A DNA stretch of 64,000 bases from an uncultured cyanobacterium (GCA_963793265.1 CAWBZI010000002.1:160001-224000); one strand, 5' to 3'. Positions 1 through 10,183 are shown, numbered from the stretch's first letter. Notes: generated by a model not told the origin, from the sequence alone. Made by a program: numbers and translations.

Positions 1-1
1 A

Positions 2-991
2 ACTAGAGGTGATGGACGCGCAGGCAACATCGACCTAGAGATTGCTAGTCAAACCATTCTGACCGGCACCAGCGCCGCTAGAATTGACAACGGTCTATCA
101 TTTTTCAGCGGTTTATTCGCAAATACTGCCCAAAACTCGGCTGGTGTTGGGGGTACGGTGCGACTGGCTACCCAAGATTTACAGGTGCTAGACCAGGCCA
201 GGATAGAGGTAGATAGTCAGGGTCGCGGCACGGCTGGCAATATGGCGATCGCAGCGAATACAGTACGTTTAGACAACGGGCGGCTCACTGCCGAAACCGC
301 ATCGGTGAATGGCGGTAACATTGCGTTAGAGAATCTTGATGTCTTGCTGTTGCGCAACGGCAGCTTAATCTCAACAACAGCAGGAACAGATGGCGCAGGT
401 GGAAACGGTGGCAATATTGACATTGAGTCAGCGACAATTGTCTCCGTTTCTGGCGAAAACAACGACATTCTAGCCAATGCATTCAGCGGCAGCGGCGGCA
501 ACGTTCGCATTGACACTTCAGGGCTGATTGGTATCGCCGCTCAATCTCAAGATAACCTGCTCACGAATGACATCACAGCAAGCTCAGAGCAGGGCATTCA
601 AGGAACGGTAGATGTTGCTACGCCAGAGACTGATCTTAGAAGCGGCCTAGCTGAACTGCCGGTTGCTTTTACAGATGTCTCTAACCAAATTACTCAGACC
701 TGTTCTGGCAACAGAGACGGGCAGGATAGTGAATTTGTAGTGACAGGGCGGGGGGGACTGCCGCAAAGTCCTGTCGATGCGCTAGTAGGCAATATGCCCG
801 CGTCAGAATGGGCCACACTAGACGAATCTGTAGAAGCAACAGATTCGATTTCGAGCGCGCTACCTGACCCTACGCTTGCTACACCAAACGGCATTGTAGA
901 AGCGCAGGGTTGGGTAAGAGAGAATGGCAGAGTAAAGCTAGTTGCAGCTTCGCCTACAAGCGCTGTTCAAACGGCTGTGGCTTGTCAGTAA
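2..991 (+). CDS. C-terminal part of a cyanobacterial filamentous-haemagglutinin-like / S-layer family exoprotein (5' end outside window)
   Basis: Frame is open from base 2 (TRGDGRAGNIDLEIASQ...) into the listed ORF; G/N-rich beta-helix repeats (GNGGNIDI, GSGGNVRI) and the typical C-terminal FVVTGRGGLP...IVEAQGW motifs. Confidence 0.85.
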   Translation, partial: TRGDGRAGNIDLEIASQTILTGTSAARIDNGLSFFSGLFANTAQNSAGVGGTVRLATQDLQVLDQARIEVDSQGRGTAGNMAIAANTVRLDNGRLTAETASVNGGNIALENLDVLLLRNGSLISTTAGTDGAGGNGGNIDIESATIVSVSGENNDILANAFSGSGGNVRIDTSGLIGIAAQSQDNLLTNDITASSEQGIQGTVDVATPETDLRSGLAELPVAFTDVSNQITQTCSGNRDGQDSEFVVTGRGGLPQSPVDALVGNMPASEWATLDESVEATDSISSALPDPTLATPNGIVEAQGWVRENGRVKLVAASPTSAVQTAVACQ

Positions 992-1014
992 GCGGTAGAT
1001 GAACAGTATGAGCA

Positions 1015-1743
1015 TTACTCAGATGCAGGCGTTGTCAGCGCCATAGACTCAAGAATTGTTGAGAGTGCCGTTGGATACGTTTCACTACCTTCAGAGGGTA
1101 CGTATTCAGCAGGCGGTCTGTACGCGGTTATTATAACCATCAGACCGTTCGCGGCATGAAAAATAATGCCATCATATTCAAACAGTGACCTGTAGGAGAA
1201 CGTCCACGCGTCTTGACCAGCAACGGTTGTGTCGGGTGTCCGTCCTGTTATACCCTCTATTTCTACACCAAGCGACTCACCAGGCCGACCAGATATCCAA
1301 TCTAGGGCAGGAATTCTGTCGGGATTGCTGTATACAGATATTCTGAGCTTGTCTGGAAAGTCTCCTAGCTCATCACCCGCATTTTGAATTGCTAGATAGT
1401 CTTCCTTGCTCCAAAGGGACGTAGAGCTTCTCAGAAGAGATAGGGGATCGCGCTGCTCTGGCCTAGAAGATGAGAGTACGAACAAGTTTGGATCGTAGTC
1501 AAACTGAATAGCGGGCTCGTTCAGCGTATACGTAGCTTTGCCAATTGCGGTACTAAGCTGTTCGGATGACTCCTCTGATAGGGTCTGCGATATTTCTTTG
1601 GGTAGAGCTTGCGTAGACATGTTTGTTTCAAGGAGGTTTGTATTAGAAGCCTGACTGGGACTGAGATAGCCTAGCGATGCTACGGCTGTTATAGTTATCG
1701 TAGAAATTGCAGTAGAGAGTAGAAGCTTATGCTTAGGGTTCAT
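1015..1743 (-). CDS. Hypothetical exported protein
   Basis: 242-aa ORF with a basic-then-hydrophobic N-terminus; no family recognised. Confidence 0.6.
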   Translation of the reverse strand: MNPKHKLLLSTAISTITITAVASLGYLSPSQASNTNLLETNMSTQALPKEISQTLSEESSEQLSTAIGKATYTLNEPAIQFDYDPNLFVLSSSRPEQRDPLSLLRSSTSLWSKEDYLAIQNAGDELGDFPDKLRISVYSNPDRIPALDWISGRPGESLGVEIEGITGRTPDTTVAGQDAWTFSYRSLFEYDGIIFHAANGLMVIITAYRPPAEYVPSEGSETYPTALSTILESMALTTPASE

Positions 1744-2065
1744 GACGCTTTTCTCAAATGGTTTTTACATGCAAAAGTGAATGTGCCTGTAGCAGCACCG
1801 GTTAGTGAGATTCACTCTATCTACATCTGTATAGGTGCGGAAAAATCGACCTTATGCACATTTTTTTAAAATGCTGCCTATTGCTCATAGAGAACAAAAT
1901 TGGTAACCTTACCGATATCTCTCATCCATATCGCGATGATTATGCAACCCACTCTAAAGACAATTTTAAAGTTGTTCTCGTCGAGGCGCTGCATAATTTT
2001 TACCTTCTGTCGCTGAGATCTGACATGCGGCAAAGCACTTTACCTAAGTAGTATTTTCTCTCGTC

Positions 2066-2956
2066 ATGGAATCAAACTTTTTAACGGCTGTCTTTCTTCC
2101 CCTGGCCTTGTTTGTCATTATGCTCGGCATGGGGCTAGGACTGAGTGCCGCCGACTTTAAGCGGATTGCGATCGCACCCAAAGCAGTCATCATCGGTCTA
2201 CTTGCGCAGCTAGTAATGCTCCCGCTAATCGGCTTTCTCTTCGCCTCCATTTTCCCCCTTTCACCAGAGCTAGCCGTTGGCGTGATGATACTAGCCGCCT
2301 GTCCTGGCGGGCCAACGTCTAATCTGGTGACCTACCTGGCAGTAGGAGATGTGGCACTTTCTATTACGCTCACGGCAATCAGCAGTATCATCACCGTATT
2401 CACCATTCCGCTCGTGGTCAATCTAGCCACGAGTAGCTTTATTGGGCAGAACGTTTCACTTCAGCTACCCTTTGGAGAAACAGTGCTCCAAATTGCCGTT
2501 ATCACGATTATTCCTGTAGCACTAGGCATGTTACTGCGCCGCTATGCACCCCAGTTTTCAGCCAAAGTTGAGAAAGGAGTGAAGTGGCTTTCGTTATTTT
2601 TTTTAGCGCTGATTATCTTTGGCCTACTGCTAAAGGAGCGGGCGAGCGTGGTTACTTTCTTTTTGCAAGTCGGCTGGGTGACGCTAGCGCTGAACGTAGC
2701 GACAATGGTTCTAGGCTACTTAATTGCAACGGTAGCTAGGCTTGGGCAAAAAAGTGCGGTTGCCGTTACCTGCGAAGTGGGGATTCAAAATGGAACGCTT
2801 GCGATCGCAGTGGCAAGCGCGCCAACGCTGCTAAACAATCCAACGATGGCCATTCCAGCCGCCATCTATGCGCTGCTTATGTTCGCAACAGGCGGGCTCT
2901 TTGCACTATGGGCAAGAGGCAAACAGAGTCCTCGCGCTATCAAAGATTCTGTTTGA
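2066..2956 (+). CDS. Bile acid:sodium symporter family transporter
   Basis: Multi-TM protein with MLGMGLGL, CPGGPTSN and EVGIQNGTLA motifs. Confidence 0.92.
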   Translation: MESNFLTAVFLPLALFVIMLGMGLGLSAADFKRIAIAPKAVIIGLLAQLVMLPLIGFLFASIFPLSPELAVGVMILAACPGGPTSNLVTYLAVGDVALSITLTAISSIITVFTIPLVVNLATSSFIGQNVSLQLPFGETVLQIAVITIIPVALGMLLRRYAPQFSAKVEKGVKWLSLFFLALIIFGLLLKERASVVTFFLQVGWVTLALNVATMVLGYLIATVARLGQKSAVAVTCEVGIQNGTLAIAVASAPTLLNNPTMAIPAAIYALLMFATGGLFALWARGKQSPRAIKDSV

Positions 2957-2957
2957 A

Positions 2958-4607
2958 TTAAGGCATGAAGATGTTTGCAATACCAATAGTCTTGCTACGT
3001 TCTTCTTGAGTGTGAAATTTCTTTCTAGCCCTACCGTCTTTACGCCTAATGCCGCTGCTACCGCTTTGATCCTCAGCACCTCTTTTTTCTAACTTTCGCT
3101 GCACAGTAACCTTTGGCCTAAACTGGTTAAGCTTTGGGATGCCAAGCCCTCGCAGACTCGTCGTTTCTGGAGCGGCAGGCTGATTGAACAATACAGAAAA
3201 CAAACTTCTCGGCTCAGCTAGACTACCAGGCGGCTCAGTCAAAAGAGAATCGCTCGCAACTATCTTCTCCCAGTCCAGCGGCTTTAGTAGCGGTGACTGG
3301 CCTTTAGCACACCAAACCTTCTCCATCGCCTGCAGAAATTCATGGGCAATGATGCCATAGCCAAGCGTCGTCGGGTGCGTACCGTCGAGACTGAACAAAC
3401 CGCCTTTGTAAATATTATCGGGCGTTTTAGGCTCTGGGTCTAGTCGGAAATACCTCGTATCGAGAAGCACCTCATCGTCGGCGGTAACCCGGTTGTTCGT
3501 TCTAGGATTAGCGCGCAGTGCGGCTACTAGCTCGGAGGGGAAGGTGTAGCGACTCGCACCCTGCTGACGGCGAAACGCCAGCTTGTCTAAGCTGTTCGCC
3601 ATATCAACTAAGTGCCAGCCGTAGCGGTTAGCTTCGACTTGAATCAGAAAGTTGTATTCATCGACGACGGCATCTATTTTTTTGACCTGCGATCGCGTCA
3701 AATGAGGATGCTGCTCTGGGTCAAACTCGCTGTCCCAAATCCAAAAGTGAGTGTAGTACTCAAAGTAGCCGTCAGCGTCCTGCCCTTCACCGGGCGCTGC
3801 CCCAGGCGTCACGCCACGACTAACGGGTGGAATTGTCACATGGGGAACATTGCCGATAAACACATTTTCTGCGCCCAACGCCGCTACCTTTTTGGCCACG
3901 CGGCGTAGCACTGGCTTGAAGTGCTCAGGCCGCCACAGCGTCGCTGTTCGTAGATGTAGCGGCTGGCTAGCTGTCTCTTCTGTAGACCATTCCACATTGA
4001 GATTGACCATCGTTTGCAGGCAGTGGTTGCTACCTAGCCAAAAAATAAGATTATCAATACCGTCTGCCTCAGCAATCTTCTGAGCAACGCCTAGCTGAGC
4101 TAGCGACTGATACTGCCGTGTCTGGCTAGGATTTAGCGTTCGCCGGGCCGTTCGATACAGCGCAAACTCAGGCTGCTGCTCAACAGGGTCATCTTCTGCA
4201 GGTGGGATGAACTGCTGAACAACCTCATCAGAGAGCGTATCGCAATCTGGCAGTTGAAAGCCCCAAACAGAAAGATTACGGTGCAGCGGGCCAGTTGCCG
4301 ATGGGAGAGTTCCTTCGCCTCTCTCCCAATAGTCTTCAACAATATCCATAAACTGTCCAATAGCGAGCTGTAGTAGTTCAGGGTTCGCCTGAAATAAGCA
4401 GCTACCAAACTGAGCCTCTAGATAGTTCAGCAAGGCTTCTAGATTGAGCGGCAAACCGTCTGCACCTGAAAAGTCAGGGATATGGAAGTCACAGTCTCTC
4501 AAGCACTCAGCAATCAAAGCTGGGAAAGACAAATGCGTTTTAGAAATACTGCCATTGAGAAAACCCTCACTAACACTATCACCAATAACAACAAGTTTTG
4601 CAGGCAT
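2958..4607 (-). CDS. SGNH/GDSL-like hydrolase (putative lipase/esterase)
   Basis: Block I VIGDSVSEG, block III-like WLGSNH, block V DGTHPT; no signal peptide. Confidence 0.7.
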   Translation of the reverse strand: MPAKLVVIGDSVSEGFLNGSISKTHLSFPALIAECLRDCDFHIPDFSGADGLPLNLEALLNYLEAQFGSCLFQANPELLQLAIGQFMDIVEDYWERGEGTLPSATGPLHRNLSVWGFQLPDCDTLSDEVVQQFIPPAEDDPVEQQPEFALYRTARRTLNPSQTRQYQSLAQLGVAQKIAEADGIDNLIFWLGSNHCLQTMVNLNVEWSTEETASQPLHLRTATLWRPEHFKPVLRRVAKKVAALGAENVFIGNVPHVTIPPVSRGVTPGAAPGEGQDADGYFEYYTHFWIWDSEFDPEQHPHLTRSQVKKIDAVVDEYNFLIQVEANRYGWHLVDMANSLDKLAFRRQQGASRYTFPSELVAALRANPRTNNRVTADDEVLLDTRYFRLDPEPKTPDNIYKGGLFSLDGTHPTTLGYGIIAHEFLQAMEKVWCAKGQSPLLKPLDWEKIVASDSLLTEPPGSLAEPRSLFSVLFNQPAAPETTSLRGLGIPKLNQFRPKVTVQRKLEKRGAEDQSGSSGIRRKDGRARKKFHTQEERSKTIGIANIFMP

Positions 4608-4659
4608 TTTTGCTTCCTCCTTAAAGGATTAGGGGTTTCAGGGAGTTGTTTAGATTTCA

Positions 4660-4726
4660 AAGATAAAATCTCAGTGACCATCAGGCATCTTATGAATGTC
4701 ACCATCTAGACCATGACAAATGTCAT
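4660..4726 (-). promoter_or_regulatory. Two-box operator plus -10 element, copy 1, upstream of the SGNH hydrolase
   Basis: Palindrome ATGACAAATGTCAT at 4713-4726, half-site at 4697-4702 (24-bp offset), GATG, then TATCTT (minus strand, 4660-4665) 31 nt downstream. Confidence 0.75.
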
Positions 4727-4981
4727 AGCAACGAACCTGATGGGGACTGCTAGTAAGTAGGAAGCCACCGAACAAACCTATGCACTCTTAAACGAATTGC
4801 AGTCCAGCTTTTTGTGCCGCTGCCAATGCTAATCGGAGAAGAAAGCACCTTTCATAGCGCTATCATCATCCACCTACAGCGTCTCTATGTGGTTAGACGC
4901 CCGCGTTAGCGCCGCCATACCCCCCCGCAGTAGAGACGATAGCCGCTACGCCTGAGTGAACTGAGGCACTGCCAGCAGCGG

Positions 4982-6058
4982 CTAGTTCAAATTGTCAGTA
5001 CCTGTCAACGTAAGCACGATTTCGGTCGGGGCGGTATCAACAAGGGTGCTGCTGTGTTCGCATTTATCGTCATAGGGAAAAGCGTAAGACTTTCCATCTA
5101 TACTCAACTCGTGCAAAATTTTGGCATAGTAATGAGTGGTTGAATTGAAATAGTACTTACCTGCATCACACCAAGTAGACGAATCGCTATTGAGTAGAAT
5201 TGTTCGATTTAAGGCTGCTGACACCTGATTTTTGATGTCTCCATCAATGATGCGAGCTAAGCCACTACCTGCCGGGTTAAAAACGCCATCACAGCCAAAG
5301 ACATTGTTAGAAGTTGGTTTGGGAATTGCGTGTGTGGTATTACCTGGCGCTGTCACAAAGTTAAATACGTTGTTGCCATCAACACTTCCCTTTGAAATGT
5401 AGGTCGCGCCGACAAAGGGCAGGGGCTGCAGTGTCAGCGATCGGCTTCGATACTGTTGCCAGCATTTGTCGATGTAGGCATTGAAGTAGTTTTGTGGAAA
5501 CGTGGCATCTTTCTGTGGCGCTAGAATTCTTAACTGCTTGTCGCCAGCAGCACGAATTAATGAATTAAAGGGAGACGCTTTTTGAAATGCCTTGAATATC
5601 TGACTTCTAGAAGCAGACATGCCTACGCTCTGCTTTCTACTGCCAATGAGCGTCGCCGTAATCGGCATTCCAAAAAAGTCTACGCTAGTCGTATTGCAGT
5701 AAACTGTTTTGTCTGGATTGTAGGTAAACTCAAACTTATCAAAAATGATGCTGTAATTAGGGTCTGTTTCTACATTAAATGCTGGCCCTGTAAAGCCTAA
5801 ATCCCAGAGAGGAACGGTCAAAGGCCGACCTATTGAGATCCAGCATCGACCAGAAATAATAGGTGGCGACAAGTGAATTGATCCTCGATCGGAGAGCTTA
5901 AAAAACGGCACGTTTACTTTTTGGGATTGGGGCGGCGCTTTTTGCCAACTGCCATTAGGCGTGATGTATCCCCACTTACCCGATTGTTCTCCGATAATGC
6001 CAAAATAAATATCTTTGTTGCTGTACTGGTTTGTATTGTTGATAATTGATAATTCCAT
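4982..6058 (-). CDS. Glycoside hydrolase family 64 beta-1,3-glucanase (thaumatin-related fold)
   Basis: DKFEFTYN, NTTSVDFFGMP, LRILAP and HELSIDGKSYAFPYDD motifs; likely start MELSIINNT after AGGAG at 6063-6067. Confidence 0.85.
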   Translation of the reverse strand: MELSIINNTNQYSNKDIYFGIIGEQSGKWGYITPNGSWQKAPPQSQKVNVPFFKLSDRGSIHLSPPIISGRCWISIGRPLTVPLWDLGFTGPAFNVETDPNYSIIFDKFEFTYNPDKTVYCNTTSVDFFGMPITATLIGSRKQSVGMSASRSQIFKAFQKASPFNSLIRAAGDKQLRILAPQKDATFPQNYFNAYIDKCWQQYRSRSLTLQPLPFVGATYISKGSVDGNNVFNFVTAPGNTTHAIPKPTSNNVFGCDGVFNPAGSGLARIIDGDIKNQVSAALNRTILLNSDSSTWCDAGKYYFNSTTHYYAKILHELSIDGKSYAFPYDDKCEHSSTLVDTAPTEIVLTLTGTDNLN

Positions 6059-6108
6059 CATTCTCCTTTGCAAATGTTGTAACGTATCGCTAATAGCAAG
6101 CATCATAT

Positions 6109-7107
6109 TTACTTGCGGACATACTTACCTTGAGCGTTAAGAAACCAAATGCCATAGTGTCCTTCGGCTCCCTTTGGCCCTTTCCACGGTTCTGAGGAAG
6201 GAGATTTACCGTCCTGCGCGCTTTTCCAAGGTTCATCGATCGCTTCAAACAAGTAGGTCATCACACGGTTCGTTTTGGCCCACTGGCCCATTGCTTCGTA
6301 GTAGGCACGAAGATTCGATACAGTATTGTCTGTTTTATTGAAGCTATATCCTTGCGATGGCCATCCCGTTTCGCCAATCATCACCTCACACTGCGGATTT
6401 ATTTTGGCAACCGCCGTAAGGATTTGTTTAAAGGCACGATCCACCTGTTTAACGCCTTCGGTGGGGTTAGGAGCATGTTCACCCGGATAAAGATTGCACT
6501 GGATGAAGTCGCAATTTTGGATGAGTCTTTTTAGTTCGTTGTAAAAGGAGCTGTTGGGGTTGGCAATTTCTCCAAAAGTATGCGATCGCACACCCACCTT
6601 TATATTCAGTTCGTGCGCTTTCTGTTTGTTATTTACAATCATGGTGTTAACAGCATTCGCCGTTTCTGCGTTAACCACATACTCATTTGTAAAAACAAAA
6701 GAAGTTACCGTGCCAGGATAAACAGCATTCGCTGCTTTAGCCGCAGAAAAAGCAGCCTCAATTTCTATCTGCTGGTACGTCGGATTGTCGTGCTGATATA
6801 TTCCCTGCGCTACTTGAATTGCTAAAGTGCCCCTTTGCTGATTCAACCGGGAAGCCGCACCTGCAACCAGACAGTTAGCATCGAGCTTATTCCAGGGCGT
6901 TGTCGGCGGATAGTACCCTGCATAGCCCATACTGTAGGTGCTAATTCGGTCGAACTCGGTAGAGACGACCTCAAGCATTTGAATAATATCCTGCTGGCTG
7001 TATGAGTCCCAAAGGGGGACTTTAGCGTTCGGCGGTGTTCCTATCCAATGACCAACATAGGGGCTAAAAGCCACACCGAGAAATTGAGGGCCAAAAATAG
7101 TTTTCAT
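6109..7107 (-). CDS. Glycoside hydrolase family 17 beta-1,3-glucanase/glucanosyltransferase
   Basis: GVAFSPY, TNE (acid/base), IGETGWPSQG (nucleophile), FEAIDEPWK and EGHYGIW motifs. Confidence 0.88.
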   Translation of the reverse strand: MKTIFGPQFLGVAFSPYVGHWIGTPPNAKVPLWDSYSQQDIIQMLEVVSTEFDRISTYSMGYAGYYPPTTPWNKLDANCLVAGAASRLNQQRGTLAIQVAQGIYQHDNPTYQQIEIEAAFSAAKAANAVYPGTVTSFVFTNEYVVNAETANAVNTMIVNNKQKAHELNIKVGVRSHTFGEIANPNSSFYNELKRLIQNCDFIQCNLYPGEHAPNPTEGVKQVDRAFKQILTAVAKINPQCEVMIGETGWPSQGYSFNKTDNTVSNLRAYYEAMGQWAKTNRVMTYLFEAIDEPWKSAQDGKSPSSEPWKGPKGAEGHYGIWFLNAQGKYVRK

Positions 7108-7162
7108 GTTTTCTCTCTTGAATTAAATTGATTTGAGATGGCCAGTGCGTCGATGTGCAGCT

Positions 7163-7885
7163 CTAAAACGGTTTTTGGCCTCTAAAGTTACCTTGAGAGG
7201 TATAGCGACAAACCAGCCTATCCCTACCGTCTCTACCTTTAACTACGGCGCATCCTACTTTTGTTGTCTTTCGCCACACTATCTGCGTGTAGTGGCCCAC
7301 ATCGGCCCAGTTACCCGTCTTGCTAACATTAGGGAATGTGCCATAGACAAAGTGTTTCTTTTCATCTCCCCAGCTACCCACCATTTGGGTATAGCTAAAC
7401 CGGCCAGAGGTACCCATCCAAAGATTTTCACCTTCTCCTTTAGCCCCGCTATGCTTAAATCCGTTAGTGGCTGCAAGATGATTGGCCCATTCTTTAGCAT
7501 GATTAGCCAGCGTGTTTGACCAGGCGAGCGGCGCGACCCCAACCTGCGAGCGGTAGGAATTATGGGCATTCAAAAGCTCTTGAACCATACCGCCACCGCC
7601 TGAGGGATTGCCGGGCGGGTTGCTAGGCGACGTGCCCGATGAGACTTGCTTAAAAGAAGAGATCGCGTCGTTCCACTCATTAGTGACATAAGAATAATCA
7701 CCTGGGGCTAGCCGGAAACTCCTGCCCTGGTAGTTTGCGTGTTCAAAAAATTCCCAGGTACCCGATTCGACCTTAATTGAAGAGATTTTGTCATTCCAAA
7801 AGTCTCCGACATAGGGATATGATTTGCTCAGAGAAAGCGAGGCAGAACCAGAGAATTGAGCGTCTGTAAAAATTTTGACTGACAT
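7163..7885 (-). CDS. Beta/gamma-crystallin + CAP (SCP/PR-1) domain protein
   Basis: WNDKISS and WNDAISS Greek-key motifs, then LNAHNSYRSQVG, GENLW, VGHYTQIVWRKTTKVGC and LVCRY CAP motifs; likely start MSVKIF at 7885. Confidence 0.9.
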   Translation of the reverse strand: MSVKIFTDAQFSGSASLSLSKSYPYVGDFWNDKISSIKVESGTWEFFEHANYQGRSFRLAPGDYSYVTNEWNDAISSFKQVSSGTSPSNPPGNPSGGGGMVQELLNAHNSYRSQVGVAPLAWSNTLANHAKEWANHLAATNGFKHSGAKGEGENLWMGTSGRFSYTQMVGSWGDEKKHFVYGTFPNVSKTGNWADVGHYTQIVWRKTTKVGCAVVKGRDGRDRLVCRYTSQGNFRGQKPF

Positions 7886-7946
7886 CGTAAATGTTCTGTT
7901 TTTCTTGAAAGGACAGTTTGGAAAAATTGTTCTGAGCATCAGGTAT

Positions 7947-7977
7947 CGTAGGGGCATAGCAGTGCTATGCCCCTACG
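7947..7977. repeat. GTAG-type REP-like palindrome
   Basis: CGTAGGGGCATAGCA-G-TGCTATGCCCCTACG perfect inverted repeat; related copies at 37547 and 60480. Confidence 0.75.
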
Positions 7978-7990
7978 GCATTCGGCAGTC

Positions 7991-9013
7991 CTAAGTGCTT
8001 TCAACAATAATTGAGGAGGCCATATCGTTAAAGTCATCACCCAAATAAGGCGCATCCTTCGTAAACGTCTTGCGCCGCCCCTGGAATCCACCATGTTCAA
8101 AGAGAGTTACTTTCAGTCCTTTGGGCACTTTCATAGAGCTAATCGCATCGTTGGTAAATCCTCCATCATATCGACCTATGCTCAAAGCCTTGGCAGGTTC
8201 GCCATAGTCAGCGTGGCGGTAGATGTAGGCAACAGCCTGGCTGCCCGTACCGCCACCATCGGAGAAGGGATAAATTGAACGAATGAAGGCTTTGTCTGTA
8301 TCTGAAAGATATGAACTCGACTTGACCTCATAGCCATTCGTCGTTAGCTCTTTGCGAACGGAATAAAGCATGATCGACTTCGTGTCGAACTTAGAGAATT
8401 GAGTGATATCTTTTCCATACCGTGAGAACAAGTTGCTATCAACTCTCTCTCTGGGCCAGTTGTTCGGCGGCCCCATGTAGTAGCGGTAAACGGCATCGCG
8501 GTTCCAAGGAATGCCAGCTTCTGGATGCTGATGCTCGTGGATACAGCCTAAGGCATGTCCAAACTCATGCAGCACCACGCCAGAATATTCTCTATCAGAG
8601 CTATCAGGCTTTAGCCAGCCGTAGTTCATCGTAGCTTCGTTCTGATTCTTCCTGCTAAGCGCATCTGTTCCTAGCAGTGACCAAGAGCCACCGGGCTTAA
8701 AAGAAATGCGAATTTCAGCTTGTTGATGATTGCCAAAGTTGAATTTAATATTGGCAAACTGGCTCCACTGATGGGCAAACGCCTCAACTTTACGATGAAC
8801 GCTTGGATCGCCATCTAAGAAGCGAACCCGCAGCGTCTGACCGGGCTTCCACTTTTTACGCGTAATTATCGCACCGCGAGAAAGGGGCGCTGAGGGACTA
8901 TCGCCTTCTAGCAGACTATTGCTTTCTAACGGACTATTGCTCTTTAACAGAAGATCGTCTTCTGGAGAAACGTCAATACAAACCTTAGCTGATTCAAGTA
9001 GACTATCAAACAT
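7991..9013 (-). CDS. Astacin/M12-like zinc metalloprotease with C-terminal beta/gamma-crystallin domain
   Basis: HEFGHALGCIHEH zinc motif, SIMLY Met-turn, TNDAISS and FNDMASS crystallin motifs. Confidence 0.9.
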   Translation of the reverse strand: MFDSLLESAKVCIDVSPEDDLLLKSNSPLESNSLLEGDSPSAPLSRGAIITRKKWKPGQTLRVRFLDGDPSVHRKVEAFAHQWSQFANIKFNFGNHQQAEIRISFKPGGSWSLLGTDALSRKNQNEATMNYGWLKPDSSDREYSGVVLHEFGHALGCIHEHQHPEAGIPWNRDAVYRYYMGPPNNWPRERVDSNLFSRYGKDITQFSKFDTKSIMLYSVRKELTTNGYEVKSSSYLSDTDKAFIRSIYPFSDGGGTGSQAVAYIYRHADYGEPAKALSIGRYDGGFTNDAISSMKVPKGLKVTLFEHGGFQGRRKTFTKDAPYLGDDFNDMASSIIVEST

Positions 9014-9064
9014 CGTTTATTTCCTGCGTGTAGTAAGGTGTCAAAAAAATAAGTTCAGCAGTCT

Positions 9065-10183
9065 CTAGCAAGAAAGGTTGCTGCCTGGAGAGACACCTAG
9101 CTCGCTAGTAAACTGCTTATAGAGCTGTATTCTGTGCTGAACTTTCGGGTTATTTTGCTGACCGCACTCAAGGCCGCCATTGATGATGTTGATGGTCGCA
9201 CCAAAGCCAGATGCGTTGATGGCCGTGTGACAGGCAGCTTTGGGCGGCTGGGGGGTCATCCAAAACCACAGAGCGCTCATAAAGGCAACGGCACTGTCTG
9301 TTGCAACCCGGTCAGGATTGTTGAGCAGGTCGATACCTAGCGCTTTTCCACAGGCGGCATAGTTGTAGTTCCACGAAAGCTGCATCGGGCCACGACCGTG
9401 ATAGGTTTTACCCGGCACGCAAGGGTACTGACCTGTCTGGCAGTAGTGGGGCCAGTTGGCCTTGTTCTCTTCTTCAATGGCTTTCAAGCTCCCTGTTTCA
9501 TGAGAGATGTTGGCCAAAAACGCCGCGGCCTCACGCTTGTTTTGCTCGCTTGTTCCATCGTTACAGAACTTAGGGTATTTTTTTGTAGCAGCGACTAGCC
9601 CGCTATAGGTGTAAAACCTATTTCGATTTGGAAACATCGTCTCAAAGGTTTGCTGTGATACGATCTTTGCAAAGCCACTGCTCGTACCAGTCGTCGGGCC
9701 AGTAGACGGGCCAGTTGTTGGAGAAGAGCCGTTAGCCTTGATGATAAGAGAAGAGGCTGTGTCGTTGAAATCATTACCCACATAAGGGGCATCGGCTGTG
9801 AATGCCTTACTCGAACCGCCAAACCGAGCGTGCTCATAAAGGACAACCGTCATTCCAGAGGGAACTTTGAGAGAACTAATGCTGTCGTTTTTAAGCTGAC
9901 CGACGTCGTATTTGCCTACTTCAAAGGTTTGGCTATCGCCAGTATACTCAGCGTGCTGATAGGCAACTACTTTACCAGTTGTTGTCGGCTGAGGCTGCGA
10001 GCTAAGAGAGGGAATTTTGAGCGTTTGCCCCAGCTTTAAATCAGGGGGCTGAATATTGCCATTGGCAGCGGAGATCTTTGACCACTGATCGCCTGCGCCG
10101 TAGTAGGCTTGAGCAATATCAAATAGAGAATCTCCTGCCTCTACAGTATGAGTAGTGGGAGGATTGCCTTGTTTCCTAGCCAT
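9065..10183 (-). CDS. LysM + beta/gamma-crystallin + GH19 chitinase
   Basis: HTVEAGDSLFDIA...LKLGQTLKIP (LysM); KNDSISS and FNDTASS (crystallin); KREAAAFLANISHETG, YHGRGPMQLSWNYNY and INGGLEC (GH19). Confidence 0.93.
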   Translation of the reverse strand: MARKQGNPPTTHTVEAGDSLFDIAQAYYGAGDQWSKISAANGNIQPPDLKLGQTLKIPSLSSQPQPTTTGKVVAYQHAEYTGDSQTFEVGKYDVGQLKNDSISSLKVPSGMTVVLYEHARFGGSSKAFTADAPYVGNDFNDTASSLIIKANGSSPTTGPSTGPTTGTSSGFAKIVSQQTFETMFPNRNRFYTYSGLVAATKKYPKFCNDGTSEQNKREAAAFLANISHETGSLKAIEEENKANWPHYCQTGQYPCVPGKTYHGRGPMQLSWNYNYAACGKALGIDLLNNPDRVATDSAVAFMSALWFWMTPQPPKAACHTAINASGFGATINIINGGLECGQQNNPKVQHRIQLYKQFTSELGVSPGSNLSC

